A DNA stretch of 64,000 nucleotides from an uncultured Acidobacteriota bacterium. GTDB lineage: Bacteria; Acidobacteriota; Vicinamibacteria; Vicinamibacterales; Fen-181. The position numbers were made by a program, and so were the translations under genes. Of this stretch, positions 1-9,782 are shown piece by piece (the first letter of the stretch is position 1; each line of letters begins with the position of its first letter). The stretch covers positions 369,764 to 433,763 of the forward strand of contig CAVUJA010000002.1 of NCBI GenBank assembly GCA_963741715.1, in the 5' to 3' direction. The notes beneath the pieces are model-generated. The model ran no database searches. It was given only the letters and a program-made list of their open reading frames with translations, and was not told the DNA's origin.

Positions 1-956
1 CACGGCAGGAAGGCGTCCTCGCGGAAGCCGACCGCCCCGAACTTCCTGGCGAACGCGGCCAGCGTTTCGGGCCGCACCGGCTCGGCGCCGCAGCCGGCCA
101 CGCGCCAGCACGACAGGTCGAGATCCGCCATCTCGCGGGGCTGCACGCGCCTCACGCACAACTCGTAGGCGAAGTTCGGCGCGAAGCTGATCGTCGAGCG
201 AAGGCGGCTGATCGCGCGCAGCCACGTCGCCGGCCGTTTCAGAAACGCCAAGGGCGACAGGAAATCGGTGGTGCACCCGGAATAGAGCACGGTGAGCGCC
301 ATCCCGATGAGCCCCATGTCGTGGAACAGGGGCAGCCACGAGATGCCGCGGTCGTCGTGGGTGAGCCGCAGCCCGTGCGAACCGGCGATGGCGCCGACGT
401 TCTCGGCCAGGTTCCGGTGCGACAGCACCACGCCCTTCGGATCGGAGGTCGACCCCGACGTGAACTGCAGGAACGCCGGGTCGTCCAGGCGGGGGTGCGC
501 GATCGACTCGAGCCGCCGCCCCTGCAGCCGCTCGATGGCGAGCACCGACCTCACGCTCGGCGCGTCCGATTGCAGCGTGCCGAGAACGCGGCGCAGCTGG
601 GTCGTCGTGACGACCGCCGCGGCCCGGCTGACCCTCACCGCCGGAGTGGTCTGCCGCAGGTAGGCCTCGAACTGATCGAGGCGGGCCGGCGGGTACAACG
701 GCGCGGGGACGATGCCCGCACACGCGGCGCCCAGAAACGTTGCCAGGAACTCGCGGGCCTCGGGGACGATCACGGCCACGGTCTCGCCCGGCTCGATGCC
801 CGCTTCGCGCAGGCCTCCGGCCACCGCCAGCGCTTCGTCGAGCACCTGCGGAAACGACCGGTGTGAAACGGTCCGCCCGTCTTCCGCGAGGAAACCATAC
901 GCGCCGCTGGTCCGCCCGGCGGCCACCAGCGCTTCAGGCAGGGTCAGCAGTGCCAT
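1..956 (-). CDS. fatty acyl-AMP ligase (FAAL, FadD32-like), N-terminal ~318 codons; the 3' end lies beyond the window edge
   Basis: Manual minus-strand translation from ATG 956-954 gives MALLTLPEALVAAGRTSGAYGF... It carries FLQFTSGSTSDPKGVVLSHRNL, LPLFHDMGLIG and FAPNFAYELC, motifs typical of FAALs. The start forms an ATGA overlap with the upstream ACP stop. It is absent from the ORF track because it is open at the window edge. Confidence 0.85.
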   Translation of the reverse strand, partial: MALLTLPEALVAAGRTSGAYGFLAEDGRTVSHRSFPQVLDEALAVAGGLREAGIEPGETVAVIVPEAREFLATFLGAACAGIVPAPLYPPARLDQFEAYLRQTTPAVRVSRAAAVVTTTQLRRVLGTLQSDAPSVRSVLAIERLQGRRLESIAHPRLDDPAFLQFTSGSTSDPKGVVLSHRNLAENVGAIAGSHGLRLTHDDRGISWLPLFHDMGLIGMALTVLYSGCTTDFLSPLAFLKRPATWLRAISRLRSTISFAPNFAYELCVRRVQPREMADLDLSCWRVAGCGAEPVRPETLAAFARKFGAVGFREDAFLP

Positions 957-1219
957 CAGGGATGGGCGTTCTCGGCGAGGAGCGTGCGCACGCAGTTGAC
1001 CGCCTCGCCGACTGTCTGAATGCGCGGAACCTGGTCGATCGGGACCGTGATGCCGAAGCGGTCCTCGAGTTCGGCCACGAACTCGAGCGTCTGCAGCGAG
1101 TCGAACCCGAGGTCTGCCGCGAGCGTGCTGTGGGGCGCCGGCTCGACCGGGCGTCGGCATACGCGGCGAAGAATGGCGAGCACATCGTGCCCGATGGAGT
1201 CAGCGTCCGGAGGTGTCAT
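956..1219 (-). CDS. acyl carrier protein
   Basis: The internal ATG at 1219 of ORF 956..1291(-) gives MTPPDADSIGHDVLAILRR...LGFDSLQTLEFVAELEDRFGI. The DSL phosphopantetheine-attachment motif is present. Confidence 0.85.
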   Translation of the reverse strand: MTPPDADSIGHDVLAILRRVCRRPVEPAPHSTLAADLGFDSLQTLEFVAELEDRFGITVPIDQVPRIQTVGEAVNCVRTLLAENAHP

Positions 1220-1232
1220 CGGCCCGGGGTTC

Positions 1233-2123
1233 TCAACGTGATTCGTCACATACGGCACGACGGCGAATGGCGCTCCACAAGGAGCGCCCACCCAGAAAGG
1301 CTACCACGAGTGACCCCGTGGACGTACTGAAACCATAGGAAACCAGCCGTTCGGCGGCCGTGACGGCGGCGGCCGTGGGCAGGTCGACGCCGAACGCGAC
1401 GAGGCCGGTGACCAGGGTGCCCTCGACGGGCCCGATGCCCGCCACGGCCGGCACGAGCCCGCCGACCATCGTCAGCACGGACAGCATCGCGACCTTCGTC
1501 GGCGACAGGAAGACCCCAAAGGCGAGCATCGAGCACGTGAGCCGCAGCACGTCCTGCAGCCAGACCAGCGAAGAGAGACCCACGCCGGCGGCGAAGACCG
1601 GGAGCTCGAGTTCGTCGACCCCCAGCCTCTCCCGCCAACCGGCCAGCGTCGATCCGGATCGCCGGATCGCACGGAGGCCGAACGCCGCCCCGAGCAACAG
1701 CGCCAGGGCCCCGGCCGCGAGGGCCAGCGTCCTCCAGCGGGACGGCATGTCGCGCGCGGCCACGACGGCCATGATCACGAGGACCGCGATGGCCGGCACC
1801 TCCGACAGCCGGTCCCAGACCGCCGCCACGGCCGCCTGACGCCACGTGACTTCCCGTGAACGCCGAACGAGCGCCACGCGACACGCTTCGCCGCCAATCC
1901 GGCTCGACGGGACGAGGTTCCCCACGGCGATCCCCGCCACCCCGGCCAGCGTCGCCCGCCACACGGTCACCGACGCCCCGACCATTCGAAGAAACCCTCT
2001 CCAGCGCGTGGCCACGATGAACAGGCTGCCGACGTACAGCCCGAGCGCGGCGGCGATGTAGACGGGCCGCGCGGTGCCCAGGCGGTGAACGGTGCTGACG
2101 ACGATCTCCCAGATGTGCGACAC
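1233..2123 (-). CDS. polytopic membrane protein, flippase-like / lysylphosphatidylglycerol-synthase TM-region (UPF0104) family
   Basis: The C-terminal ~296 aa of ORF 1233..3002(-) is hydrophobic: VYIAAALGLYVGSLFIVATRWRGFL...GIGPVEGTLVTGLVAFGV. The upstream part of the ORF is an R/G-rich shadow of the + strand deacetylase gene. The GTG start at 2123 was chosen by eye. Confidence 0.6.
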   Translation of the reverse strand: MSHIWEIVVSTVHRLGTARPVYIAAALGLYVGSLFIVATRWRGFLRMVGASVTVWRATLAGVAGIAVGNLVPSSRIGGEACRVALVRRSREVTWRQAAVAAVWDRLSEVPAIAVLVIMAVVAARDMPSRWRTLALAAGALALLLGAAFGLRAIRRSGSTLAGWRERLGVDELELPVFAAGVGLSSLVWLQDVLRLTCSMLAFGVFLSPTKVAMLSVLTMVGGLVPAVAGIGPVEGTLVTGLVAFGVDLPTAAAVTAAERLVSYGFSTSTGSLVVAFLGGRSLWSAIRRRAVCDESR

Positions 2124-2207
2124 GGTCTGCGAATCGTAACACGCGGACCCGTCCCCGCAGGTGCGGCGCGCCGCCCGCCGGCAAGGTAGAATGCGGGCCA
2201 GGCCGGC

Positions 2208-3008
2208 ATGGGTGCTCCACTCCTCAACTGGGTGTTCCGCGGCGCCATCGTCGTGGCCCTTGTCGCGGGCTGCGCGGCCATCGTGTCGCTGCCGCTGGGC
2301 CCGGCGCCACGCGCGGCGCTGCTCGCCCTCGGCACCGTGGCCGCGCTGGTGCTGGCGTTCCGCGTCCTCCCGGCCTTCGACCCGCTCGGGCGCGTGCGAT
2401 GGCGTCTGCCGCCTGCCGCCGACGGCGTCCCGCGCTGCGCCCTGACCTTCGACGACGGCCCGGGCCCGGCGACGGCGGGCGTGCTCGACCTCCTCGCCGC
2501 CGAAGGCGTGCCGGCGACATTCTTCGTGCTGGGCGAGAACGCGCGCCGCCACCCGGCCATCGTTCGACGCATGGCAGCAGAGGGGCACGGCGTCGGGCTC
2601 CACGGGTGGTCGCACGGCAAGATGAACGCGGCGCGGAGAGACGACGTCGAGCGACAACTCGACCAGGCATCGGCCGCGCTGTCGGCCATGGGCGTCGAGG
2701 CGGCTCCGATCTATCGCACGCCTCACGGCTACAAGTCGCGCGCGGTCTTCGCGGCGGCCCGCCGTCGCGGCCTCGTCGTGTGGGCCTGGAGCCGCGGGGT
2801 GTGGGACACCGCACTCCCCGCCCCCGACGTGCTGGTGCGGCGCGCGACACGGTTCGCCCGACCCGGGATGGTGCTGCTGCTGCACGACGGGCGCGGCGGC
2901 GAACCGAACCCGGACGTCTCCTCGATGCTCGCCGCGTTGCCCGGAATCATCCGGACGCTGAAGGCCCGCGGCTTCCGGTTCGTCCGGTTGACCGACACGC
3001 ACTACTGA
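2208..3008 (+). CDS. polysaccharide deacetylase (NodB homology domain) with N-terminal TM segments
   Basis: ORF 2208..3008 carries the motifs TFDDGPGP, FFVLG and HGWSH. Confidence 0.85.
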   Translation: MGAPLLNWVFRGAIVVALVAGCAAIVSLPLGPAPRAALLALGTVAALVLAFRVLPAFDPLGRVRWRLPPAADGVPRCALTFDDGPGPATAGVLDLLAAEGVPATFFVLGENARRHPAIVRRMAAEGHGVGLHGWSHGKMNAARRDDVERQLDQASAALSAMGVEAAPIYRTPHGYKSRAVFAAARRRGLVVWAWSRGVWDTALPAPDVLVRRATRFARPGMVLLLHDGRGGEPNPDVSSMLAALPGIIRTLKARGFRFVRLTDTHY

Positions 3009-3048
3009 CGAGCCCGTCGGTCGTGACGGGCCGGGCGACCGCCGTGCT

Positions 3049-4725
3049 ATGCTCCGGACAGTGGCTGTCGACCCCGGTTTGGCCGCGTCTCTCGTCGACT
3101 CGACTGCCGTCCCGTGTGAATCGCCCGGCTCCGCGGAAGCCGCAGGGCGCCCTCGAAGAGGGCGGCGAGCGTTGGCGGTCGGCGTCGTGCTGCTGCTCGG
3201 CCTGGCGTTGCGCCTGCCGACCTTCGCCCGCCCGTTGATCTCGGACGACGAGGCAATCTACGCGACGACCGCGGACGCGATGCGGCGCGGTGCGGTCCTG
3301 TACCGCGACGTGGTCGATCACAAGCCGCCCGCCATCTACGACGTCTACCTGGCCAGCTTCGCGGTGCTCGGCCCGTACAACACGCAGGGCGCCCACGCGC
3401 TCGTCGTCGTTGCCGTGCTGGTGTGTGGACTCGCCCTCTGGCGTGCCGCGGGCCGCCTCTCCCAGGTCCCGGGTGCGGCGCTCGCGGCGCCGCTCCTCTG
3501 GGTGGTCTTCTCCACGACGATGCTCGACTACGACTCGCTGGCCGCCAACTGCGAGTTGTTCCTCGTGTGCGGGCAGGCGATCGCGTTCGCCTGGCTCACG
3601 TCGGGTCGCGGCGACCGTCCGATCGGCCTCGTCGCGTGGTTCGGGGCGGGACTGCTGACCGGCGCGTCGGCGATGTTCAAGTACCAAGGGGCCACCTTCC
3701 CCCTGGTGATCGTCATCGCGGCGCTGCTGGAGTGGCGAAGCGGACGGCAGTCCCGCGGTCGGACGCTCGGGTCGCTCGCGGCGGCGGCGGCCGGATGCCT
3801 GGCCGTCCCGGCGATCTACGGCTGGCGCCTGTGGCACGAGGGCGGCCTGGACGCCGCCGTCTACTGGTTCCGGTTCAACTTCTCCTACGTCGCGGAGGGA
3901 CCCTCTGGGTGGGCGGCGGTGCGCCGCGGGGTGCTGCGGGTCGCCCTCGTCGGCGGGGCTGGCGCGACGCTCGTCTACGTGCTGGGCCTGAGGGCGGCCT
4001 GGCAAACGGTTCTCGGATGGCGGCGGACTCTCACCGGGCCGATCGGGTCGGACCCGGGCCTCGAGTCGCGCACCCTCGCCGTCGCGTGGCTGGTGAGCGG
4101 GGCCATCGGCGTGGCGGCCGGTGCGCGTTTCTTCGGGCACTACTTCCATCTCGTCACGCCGGCCCTCAGCCTGTTGGCCGCCGCGCCGCTCGCCCGGGCG
4201 TGGCAGGCGCGTCCTCCGTGGCGCCCGGCGCTGGCAGCCGCGATGATCGTCCCCGCGGCCGTCGCCCTCGCCTGCTCCACGCTCCTCCGCGCCGAGGTCA
4301 TCGCGCGCACCGACCCCGAGCCGCGCTACGACCGGGTGGCCGACGAACTGCGGCGCCTGTCGGCCCCCGGCGACAAGATGTTCGTCTGGGGGAATTCGCC
4401 GCAGTTGTACGTGTTCGCGCGGCGGCCGATGGGGACGAGATTCTCGTTCTGCAACTACATGACCGGGATCAGCCCGGGCACGGCGACCGAGACGGGCGAA
4501 GCCGGCGCGGACGCCAACGAACTGCCCGATTCGTGGCGGATGTTGTTCGACGACCTCGACCGCCGGCAGCCGCGGTGGATCGTGGACGCGGCGGCCGCGG
4601 GATGGGACGGATACGCCGCGTTTCCAATGGCCCGGTTCCCGGCCCTCGAGGCCTACGTCCGCGAGCACTACGTCGTTCGGGAGCGAGTGGACGGCGTCGC
4701 GCTCTACGAGCGAGGCACACCGTGA
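3049..4725 (+). CDS. membrane glycosyltransferase, GT39/GT83 (PMT_2 / ArnT-like) family
   Basis: ORF 3049..4725 is multi-TM. An N-terminal loop reads DDEAIYATTADAMRRGAVLYRDVVDHKPP, typical of ArnT/PMT-like enzymes. The exact start is uncertain. Confidence 0.7.
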   Translation: MLRTVAVDPGLAASLVDSTAVPCESPGSAEAAGRPRRGRRALAVGVVLLLGLALRLPTFARPLISDDEAIYATTADAMRRGAVLYRDVVDHKPPAIYDVYLASFAVLGPYNTQGAHALVVVAVLVCGLALWRAAGRLSQVPGAALAAPLLWVVFSTTMLDYDSLAANCELFLVCGQAIAFAWLTSGRGDRPIGLVAWFGAGLLTGASAMFKYQGATFPLVIVIAALLEWRSGRQSRGRTLGSLAAAAAGCLAVPAIYGWRLWHEGGLDAAVYWFRFNFSYVAEGPSGWAAVRRGVLRVALVGGAGATLVYVLGLRAAWQTVLGWRRTLTGPIGSDPGLESRTLAVAWLVSGAIGVAAGARFFGHYFHLVTPALSLLAAAPLARAWQARPPWRPALAAAMIVPAAVALACSTLLRAEVIARTDPEPRYDRVADELRRLSAPGDKMFVWGNSPQLYVFARRPMGTRFSFCNYMTGISPGTATETGEAGADANELPDSWRMLFDDLDRRQPRWIVDAAAAGWDGYAAFPMARFPALEAYVREHYVVRERVDGVALYERGTP

Positions 4726-5855
4726 AGGTCGGCCTGCTCTGCGAGAACTATTACCCGACGCTCGGCGGTGAACAGGAACACATTTACCACCTGCGCCGGC
4801 ACCTGGAATCGCCGGGCGACGGGTCTCCGGCGATCGACGTCCGGATCATCGTCCCCGAAGTCCCCCACGACGCCTGGCACGGCCCGCGCGACGACGAGCG
4901 CGTGCTGCGCCCGGCGCATTCGATCCGGGTCCGTGGGCGCGGGTCGGCGTCGCAGGTGACCGTCTCGCCGCGCGCACTGCCCGCGCTCAGGCGAATCTTC
5001 GCGCGGGAGCGCTTCGACCTGCTGCACATCCACGCGCCGTGCGACCTCGGCCTGCCCGGCTGGGCGCTGCTGGCCTTCGACGGCCCGATCGTCGGCACGT
5101 TGCACAGCTACTACCCGCCGTCGGCGGTCCGTGCCCTCGCCGCGCCTTGGTACCGCTACGTGATGGGCCGCATGACCCACGTGATTGCGGTCTCGGAGGC
5201 CGCGCGCGACGGGTTGGCGCGCTACGCCCGGTTCCCCTGCACGGTCATCGGCAACGGGGTGGACTGCGGGGCGTTCGAAGCGGCTCGGCCGCTTCCCCGG
5301 TTCTCCGACGGCATGACGAACATCCTGAGCGTGGCGCGGCTCGAACAGCGGAACGGCATCGACGTGGTCATCGCGGCATTCGGCGAAATCGCCGCGGAAC
5401 GCGGGGACGTTCGCCTGTTGATCGCCGGGGACGGCCACCTGCGGCGCCACTACGCGGCGCAGGCGGGCCGCCTGCCTCGCGGGATTGCGAGCCGGATCGT
5501 GTTCCTCGGCGCCGTGTGGGAGGGCCGGGAGGATCTCTACGCCTCGGCACACTGCTTCGCGCTGGGCGCCAGGCGCACCAGCTTCTCGATCCTGCTGCTC
5601 GAGGCGCTGGCTGCGGGGTTGAAGGTGGCCGCGCTGCCTGGCGCCGGCGTCGATCGGGCGGGCGAGCACTGGGGACTGGTCGAGCGCGCGGCGTCGGCGT
5701 CGCCCGGCGACTACGCCGAGGCCCTGCGTCGGGCGCTGAAGCCGTCCACGACGGCGGAGGTCGCCCTCGCCCGCGCCATGGCGAGGCGCTTCGACTGGAG
5801 CACGATCGTCCCCCGAATCCGGCGAGTGTACGAGACGGCGCTCGGGTCCGGCTGA
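4722..5855 (+). CDS. GT4 family glycosyltransferase (PimA-like)
   Basis: A GTG at 4722 forms a GTGA overlap with the upstream stop. The sequence VKVGLLCENYYPTLGGEQEHIYHL...LLEALAAG shows GT-B fold hallmarks, including an E-x7-E-like C-terminal region. Confidence 0.85.
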   Translation: MKVGLLCENYYPTLGGEQEHIYHLRRHLESPGDGSPAIDVRIIVPEVPHDAWHGPRDDERVLRPAHSIRVRGRGSASQVTVSPRALPALRRIFARERFDLLHIHAPCDLGLPGWALLAFDGPIVGTLHSYYPPSAVRALAAPWYRYVMGRMTHVIAVSEAARDGLARYARFPCTVIGNGVDCGAFEAARPLPRFSDGMTNILSVARLEQRNGIDVVIAAFGEIAAERGDVRLLIAGDGHLRRHYAAQAGRLPRGIASRIVFLGAVWEGREDLYASAHCFALGARRTSFSILLLEALAAGLKVAALPGAGVDRAGEHWGLVERAASASPGDYAEALRRALKPSTTAEVALARAMARRFDWSTIVPRIRRVYETALGSG

Positions 5856-5895
5856 CCCGGCGCGGACCCTGCCGGCGGCCGAGGGCGCCGGTGCT

Positions 5896-8415
5896 ATGAT
5901 AGAAGATTCGCGTGGAGGCCGCGCTGTTTTGGCGACAATTCCTCATCGTGCCGGCATCCTCCGCATCCTTTCGTACTCGGTCCTGCTGGCGCTCGTCCTC
6001 GCGCTGCCGGCGTCGTCTGCGCCGGCGCCGGCGGTCGTGTCCGGAACGATCAGCACGCTGGACGGCAAGGTCCGGCTGCCGGGGGTCGTGGTCCAACTCG
6101 TCGGGCAGGCCGGAGAGCCGATCGGCGAGACCGTGACCGACGCGTCGGGCCACTACAAGCTCGAGGCGCCGAAGGCCGGGCAGTACCGGCTGAAGACGAG
6201 CATCGAGGGATTCCACACAGCCGAACAGCCCGTGCAGCTGGTCGAGGGGGCCGCACGCACGGCCGACATCGACCTGAAGCTGATCGAAATCGAGCAGACG
6301 GTGAACGTGACGCCGACGGCCGACACGCCGATGAACCTGGCAAAGCCGCTGGCGCCCGCCGAGAGCATCGACGGCCGCACGCTCAACGCCTCCGCGATGA
6401 GTTCGGGCAGCGTCGCGGCCGAGCTCCGGTGGCTGCCGGGGGTGTCGGCCTACGGGCGCGAGTGGGCGATCAAGGGAGGCCGGCCGAACCAGATCGGGCT
6501 CCAGGTGGAGGGCGCCCAGTTCGTGGACCCGGCCGCGGGCACGAGCCCCATTCAGTTGCCGGGCGACGCCGTGAACTCGATCGAGGTGCTGGCCAACCCG
6601 TATGCCGTGGAGTTCGGGCGCTTCTCGTCGGGCGTCATCGTGGTCTCCACGCGAACCGGGCAGAACAAGTGGTCGGCCACGGTCAACAACTTCCTGCCGG
6701 CGTTCATTCTGAAGCGCGGCGCCGGCCCGTTCCGGATCATCGGCATCGAGTCGTTCGATCCCCGCATCGCCATCGGCGGCCCGATCGTGAAGAACAAGCT
6801 GTTCCTGGCGCAGAGCACCCAGTTCCAGTACGAATCGACCGAAGTCGCCAGCCGGCCGCAGGATCAGCGGAGCACCAGCACGAGCATCAGCTCGTACACG
6901 CGGCTCGATTACGTGGTCAGCACCAAGAACACGCTGTCGGGCACCTTCACGCTGGCGCCCGAGAACTCCAACCAGTTCAACCTCAGCACCTTCGATCCGC
7001 CCGAGGTGACCGCGGATTTGACTCAGCGGGTCTACCGGTTCGGCGTGAGCGACACGGCCCAGCTGCCGCGGGCGATGGTGCTCGAGACGCTCGCCCACGT
7101 CACCTACTACCGAACCGCGGTCGACGGACACGGCACCGCCACCGACATGATCCTCGCACCCGAGGAGAACCGGGGGATCTACTACAACCGGCAGAACCGG
7201 CGGTCGAGCGCGTGGCAGGTGAACGCGTCGCTGTCGAAGTTCGCGAACGGCTGGTCGGGCGAGCACCTGATGAAGGCGGGCGTGGACCTGATGCACTCCC
7301 GCCTGTCGGGCGACCTCTTCGTGCGTCCGATCGACATCCTCAGGGAGAACGGGACGCTGGCCCGGCGCGAGGTCTCGGGCGGGGCCGTCGGCGAGTTCGA
7401 CGCGACGGATGTCGCCGCCTTCATCCAGGATCGCTGGCACGTCAGCAACAACCTGCTGCTCGAGTACGGCGTGCGCCTCGAACGCGACGGGGTGGCCGGG
7501 CGCGTGAACACCATCCCGCGGGTGGGCGCGGCGGTGGCGCTCGACAAGCGCCGGAACGCGACGATTCGGGGGGGATGGGGCTACTTCTACGAACGAACCC
7601 CGTTGATGACCGCGCTGTTCCCCCGGCAGGCGGACATCACGGAGACCACGTACCAGGCGGATGGTGTGACGCCGATCGGCCCGGCGGTGGTCTTCACGCA
7701 CCAGCTGGGCGAGCACCTGGAGACGCCGCGCAGTTCGACCTGGAACATCGGCTACGAACACCGCCTGACGCCCTGGGCGTCGGTGCGCGCCAATGTCCTT
7801 CAACGCGAGGGGCGGCACGAGCTGACCCTCGACGCGTCCCAGAGCGGCGCGCGCGGCCTCATCATGCTGTCGTCCACGGGCCGCTCGTCGTACCGGGACG
7901 CCGAGGTGGGCGGGCACTTCAAGCGGGGGACGTCGCTCGACGTCGACCTGTCCTACACGCACTCCCAGTCCCAGGCGGACCTGAACGACGCGTACGGATA
8001 CTACCTGAGCCTGACGGCGAATCCCATCGTCCAGGCGAACGCGTACGGGCCGACCGACCGCGACTCCCCCGACCGCTTCGTCGGCCGGGCGCGGGCGACC
8101 GTCAAGCGCGACTGGACCTTCGAGTTGGCGGGTGAGGCGCGGACCGGCTTCCCCTACTCGGCGGTCGACGCGCGACTGGAGTTCGTGGGCCCGCGGAACA
8201 GCCTCCGGTTCCCGACCGTGGCAACGGTGGACGCCTCCGTCGAACACCGGTTCAGGTTCGGCCGGTTCCAGCCGTGGATCGGCCTGGTCGTCATCAACGC
8301 CTTGAACTCGTTCTCCCCGGAGGACGTGCAGAGCAACGTCACGTCACCGGCATTCGGGTACTTCTACAGCTCCCCGATCCGGCAGGTCCGAATCACGGTC
8401 CACTTCCACCCGTGA
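5896..8415 (+). CDS. TonB-dependent receptor-like outer membrane protein with N-terminal carboxypeptidase-regulatory-like domain
   Basis: It has a signal peptide, then a CarboxypepD_reg-like segment (VSGTISTLDGKVRLPGVVVQL...DASGHYKLEAPKAGQYRL). A plug-like segment follows (NSIEVLANPYAVEFGRFSSGVIVVSTRTG), then a long beta-rich C-terminus. Confidence 0.8.
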   Translation: MIEDSRGGRAVLATIPHRAGILRILSYSVLLALVLALPASSAPAPAVVSGTISTLDGKVRLPGVVVQLVGQAGEPIGETVTDASGHYKLEAPKAGQYRLKTSIEGFHTAEQPVQLVEGAARTADIDLKLIEIEQTVNVTPTADTPMNLAKPLAPAESIDGRTLNASAMSSGSVAAELRWLPGVSAYGREWAIKGGRPNQIGLQVEGAQFVDPAAGTSPIQLPGDAVNSIEVLANPYAVEFGRFSSGVIVVSTRTGQNKWSATVNNFLPAFILKRGAGPFRIIGIESFDPRIAIGGPIVKNKLFLAQSTQFQYESTEVASRPQDQRSTSTSISSYTRLDYVVSTKNTLSGTFTLAPENSNQFNLSTFDPPEVTADLTQRVYRFGVSDTAQLPRAMVLETLAHVTYYRTAVDGHGTATDMILAPEENRGIYYNRQNRRSSAWQVNASLSKFANGWSGEHLMKAGVDLMHSRLSGDLFVRPIDILRENGTLARREVSGGAVGEFDATDVAAFIQDRWHVSNNLLLEYGVRLERDGVAGRVNTIPRVGAAVALDKRRNATIRGGWGYFYERTPLMTALFPRQADITETTYQADGVTPIGPAVVFTHQLGEHLETPRSSTWNIGYEHRLTPWASVRANVLQREGRHELTLDASQSGARGLIMLSSTGRSSYRDAEVGGHFKRGTSLDVDLSYTHSQSQADLNDAYGYYLSLTANPIVQANAYGPTDRDSPDRFVGRARATVKRDWTFELAGEARTGFPYSAVDARLEFVGPRNSLRFPTVATVDASVEHRFRFGRFQPWIGLVVINALNSFSPEDVQSNVTSPAFGYFYSSPIRQVRITVHFHP

Positions 8416-8531
8416 CCGTGCTTTGAACCGTGCCTCGGCCCGGCGGCCCGCCGACGGCGCCCCGAACCCGCTCGGGCCGGCGCCCGGTGTAGAATAGGCC
8501 GTAACTCATCTGGCCCCCTTAGGATGCCATC

Positions 8532-9779
8532 ATGAATGTCTTCGTCCTCAACTGTGGCAGTTCCTCCCTGAAGTTCCAGATCATCGAGACCGATGCCGAC
8601 CTGATCGAGCGCGACGCCGACCGGCAGCTGGCCAAGGGCTTGATCGAGCGCATCGGCAGCGAGGCGATCATCACCTTCCAGGTGGGCGAGAAGCCGCCCG
8701 TGAAGGGCGCGGCGCCGCTGCGCGATCACAAGGCGGCGCTGGCGCACGTCATCAAGTGGGTGACCTCGCCCGAGACCAACATCCAGGGGGTCTCGGGGCT
8801 CTCCGACATCCACGCGATCGGCCACCGGGTCGTGCACGGGGCCGAGCGGTTCAAGGGCTCGCACCTGATCGACAAGGACGTGATTGCCGGCGTGCAGGAG
8901 TGCATCGACCTGGCGCCGCTGCACAACCCGGCGAACCTGAAGGGCATCTACGCGGCGACCGAGCTGTTCGGCCCGTCGATGCCGCAGGTGGCGGTCTTCG
9001 ACACGGCCTTCCATTCGACGATGCCCGAAGCCGCGTATCTGTATGCGGTCCCGTACCAGCTGTACCGGCGGTTCAAGATCCGCAAGTACGGCTTCCACGG
9101 CACCTCGCACCGGTACATCGCGTTCCGCTACCGCCGGCTGACCGGCAAGCAGCGGAAGGAAACCAACATCATCACCGTCCACCTGGGCAACGGCTGCTCG
9201 GCGTGCGCGATCAAGGGCGGCAAGTCGGTGGACACCTCGATGGGCATGACGCCGCTCGAGGGGCTGATGATGGGGACGCGCAGCGGCGACATCGACGCGG
9301 CCGTCATCGAGTTCCTGATGCACAAGGAAGGCACGAGCGTGGACGAGATCTTCTCGACCCTGAACAAGCGCTCGGGCCTGCTGGGCATCTCGGGGCTGAC
9401 CAACGACATGCGCGACCTCGAGAGCGAGGCCGAGGAGCACCAGGACCGCCGCGCCATCCTGGCGATCGACATGTTCTGCTACAGGGTGAAGAAGTACATC
9501 GGCGCGTACATGGCGGCCTTGAACGGCACGGACGCGATCTGCTTCGCCGGCGGCATCGGCGAGAACGCGCCGGCCCTGCGGAAGAAGATGCTCGCCGACA
9601 TGGACTGGTTCGGGATCGAGATCGACGACGCGCGCAACGCCGCGGCGGTGCGCGGCAAGGAAATGCTGATCAGCACCGACAAGAGCCGCGTGCCGGTGTA
9701 CGTAATCCCGACCAACGAGGAGCTGATCCTGGCGCGCGACACCGTCCGCGCCGTGAAGTCGCTGCCGTTTCCGTGCTAG
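8532..9779 (+). CDS. ackA: acetate kinase
   Basis: MNVFVLNCGSSSLKFQIIE..., HRVVHGAERF and FHGTSHRY are classic AckA motifs. Confidence 0.95.
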   Translation: MNVFVLNCGSSSLKFQIIETDADLIERDADRQLAKGLIERIGSEAIITFQVGEKPPVKGAAPLRDHKAALAHVIKWVTSPETNIQGVSGLSDIHAIGHRVVHGAERFKGSHLIDKDVIAGVQECIDLAPLHNPANLKGIYAATELFGPSMPQVAVFDTAFHSTMPEAAYLYAVPYQLYRRFKIRKYGFHGTSHRYIAFRYRRLTGKQRKETNIITVHLGNGCSACAIKGGKSVDTSMGMTPLEGLMMGTRSGDIDAAVIEFLMHKEGTSVDEIFSTLNKRSGLLGISGLTNDMRDLESEAEEHQDRRAILAIDMFCYRVKKYIGAYMAALNGTDAICFAGGIGENAPALRKKMLADMDWFGIEIDDARNAAAVRGKEMLISTDKSRVPVYVIPTNEELILARDTVRAVKSLPFPC

Positions 9780-9782
9780 GCG

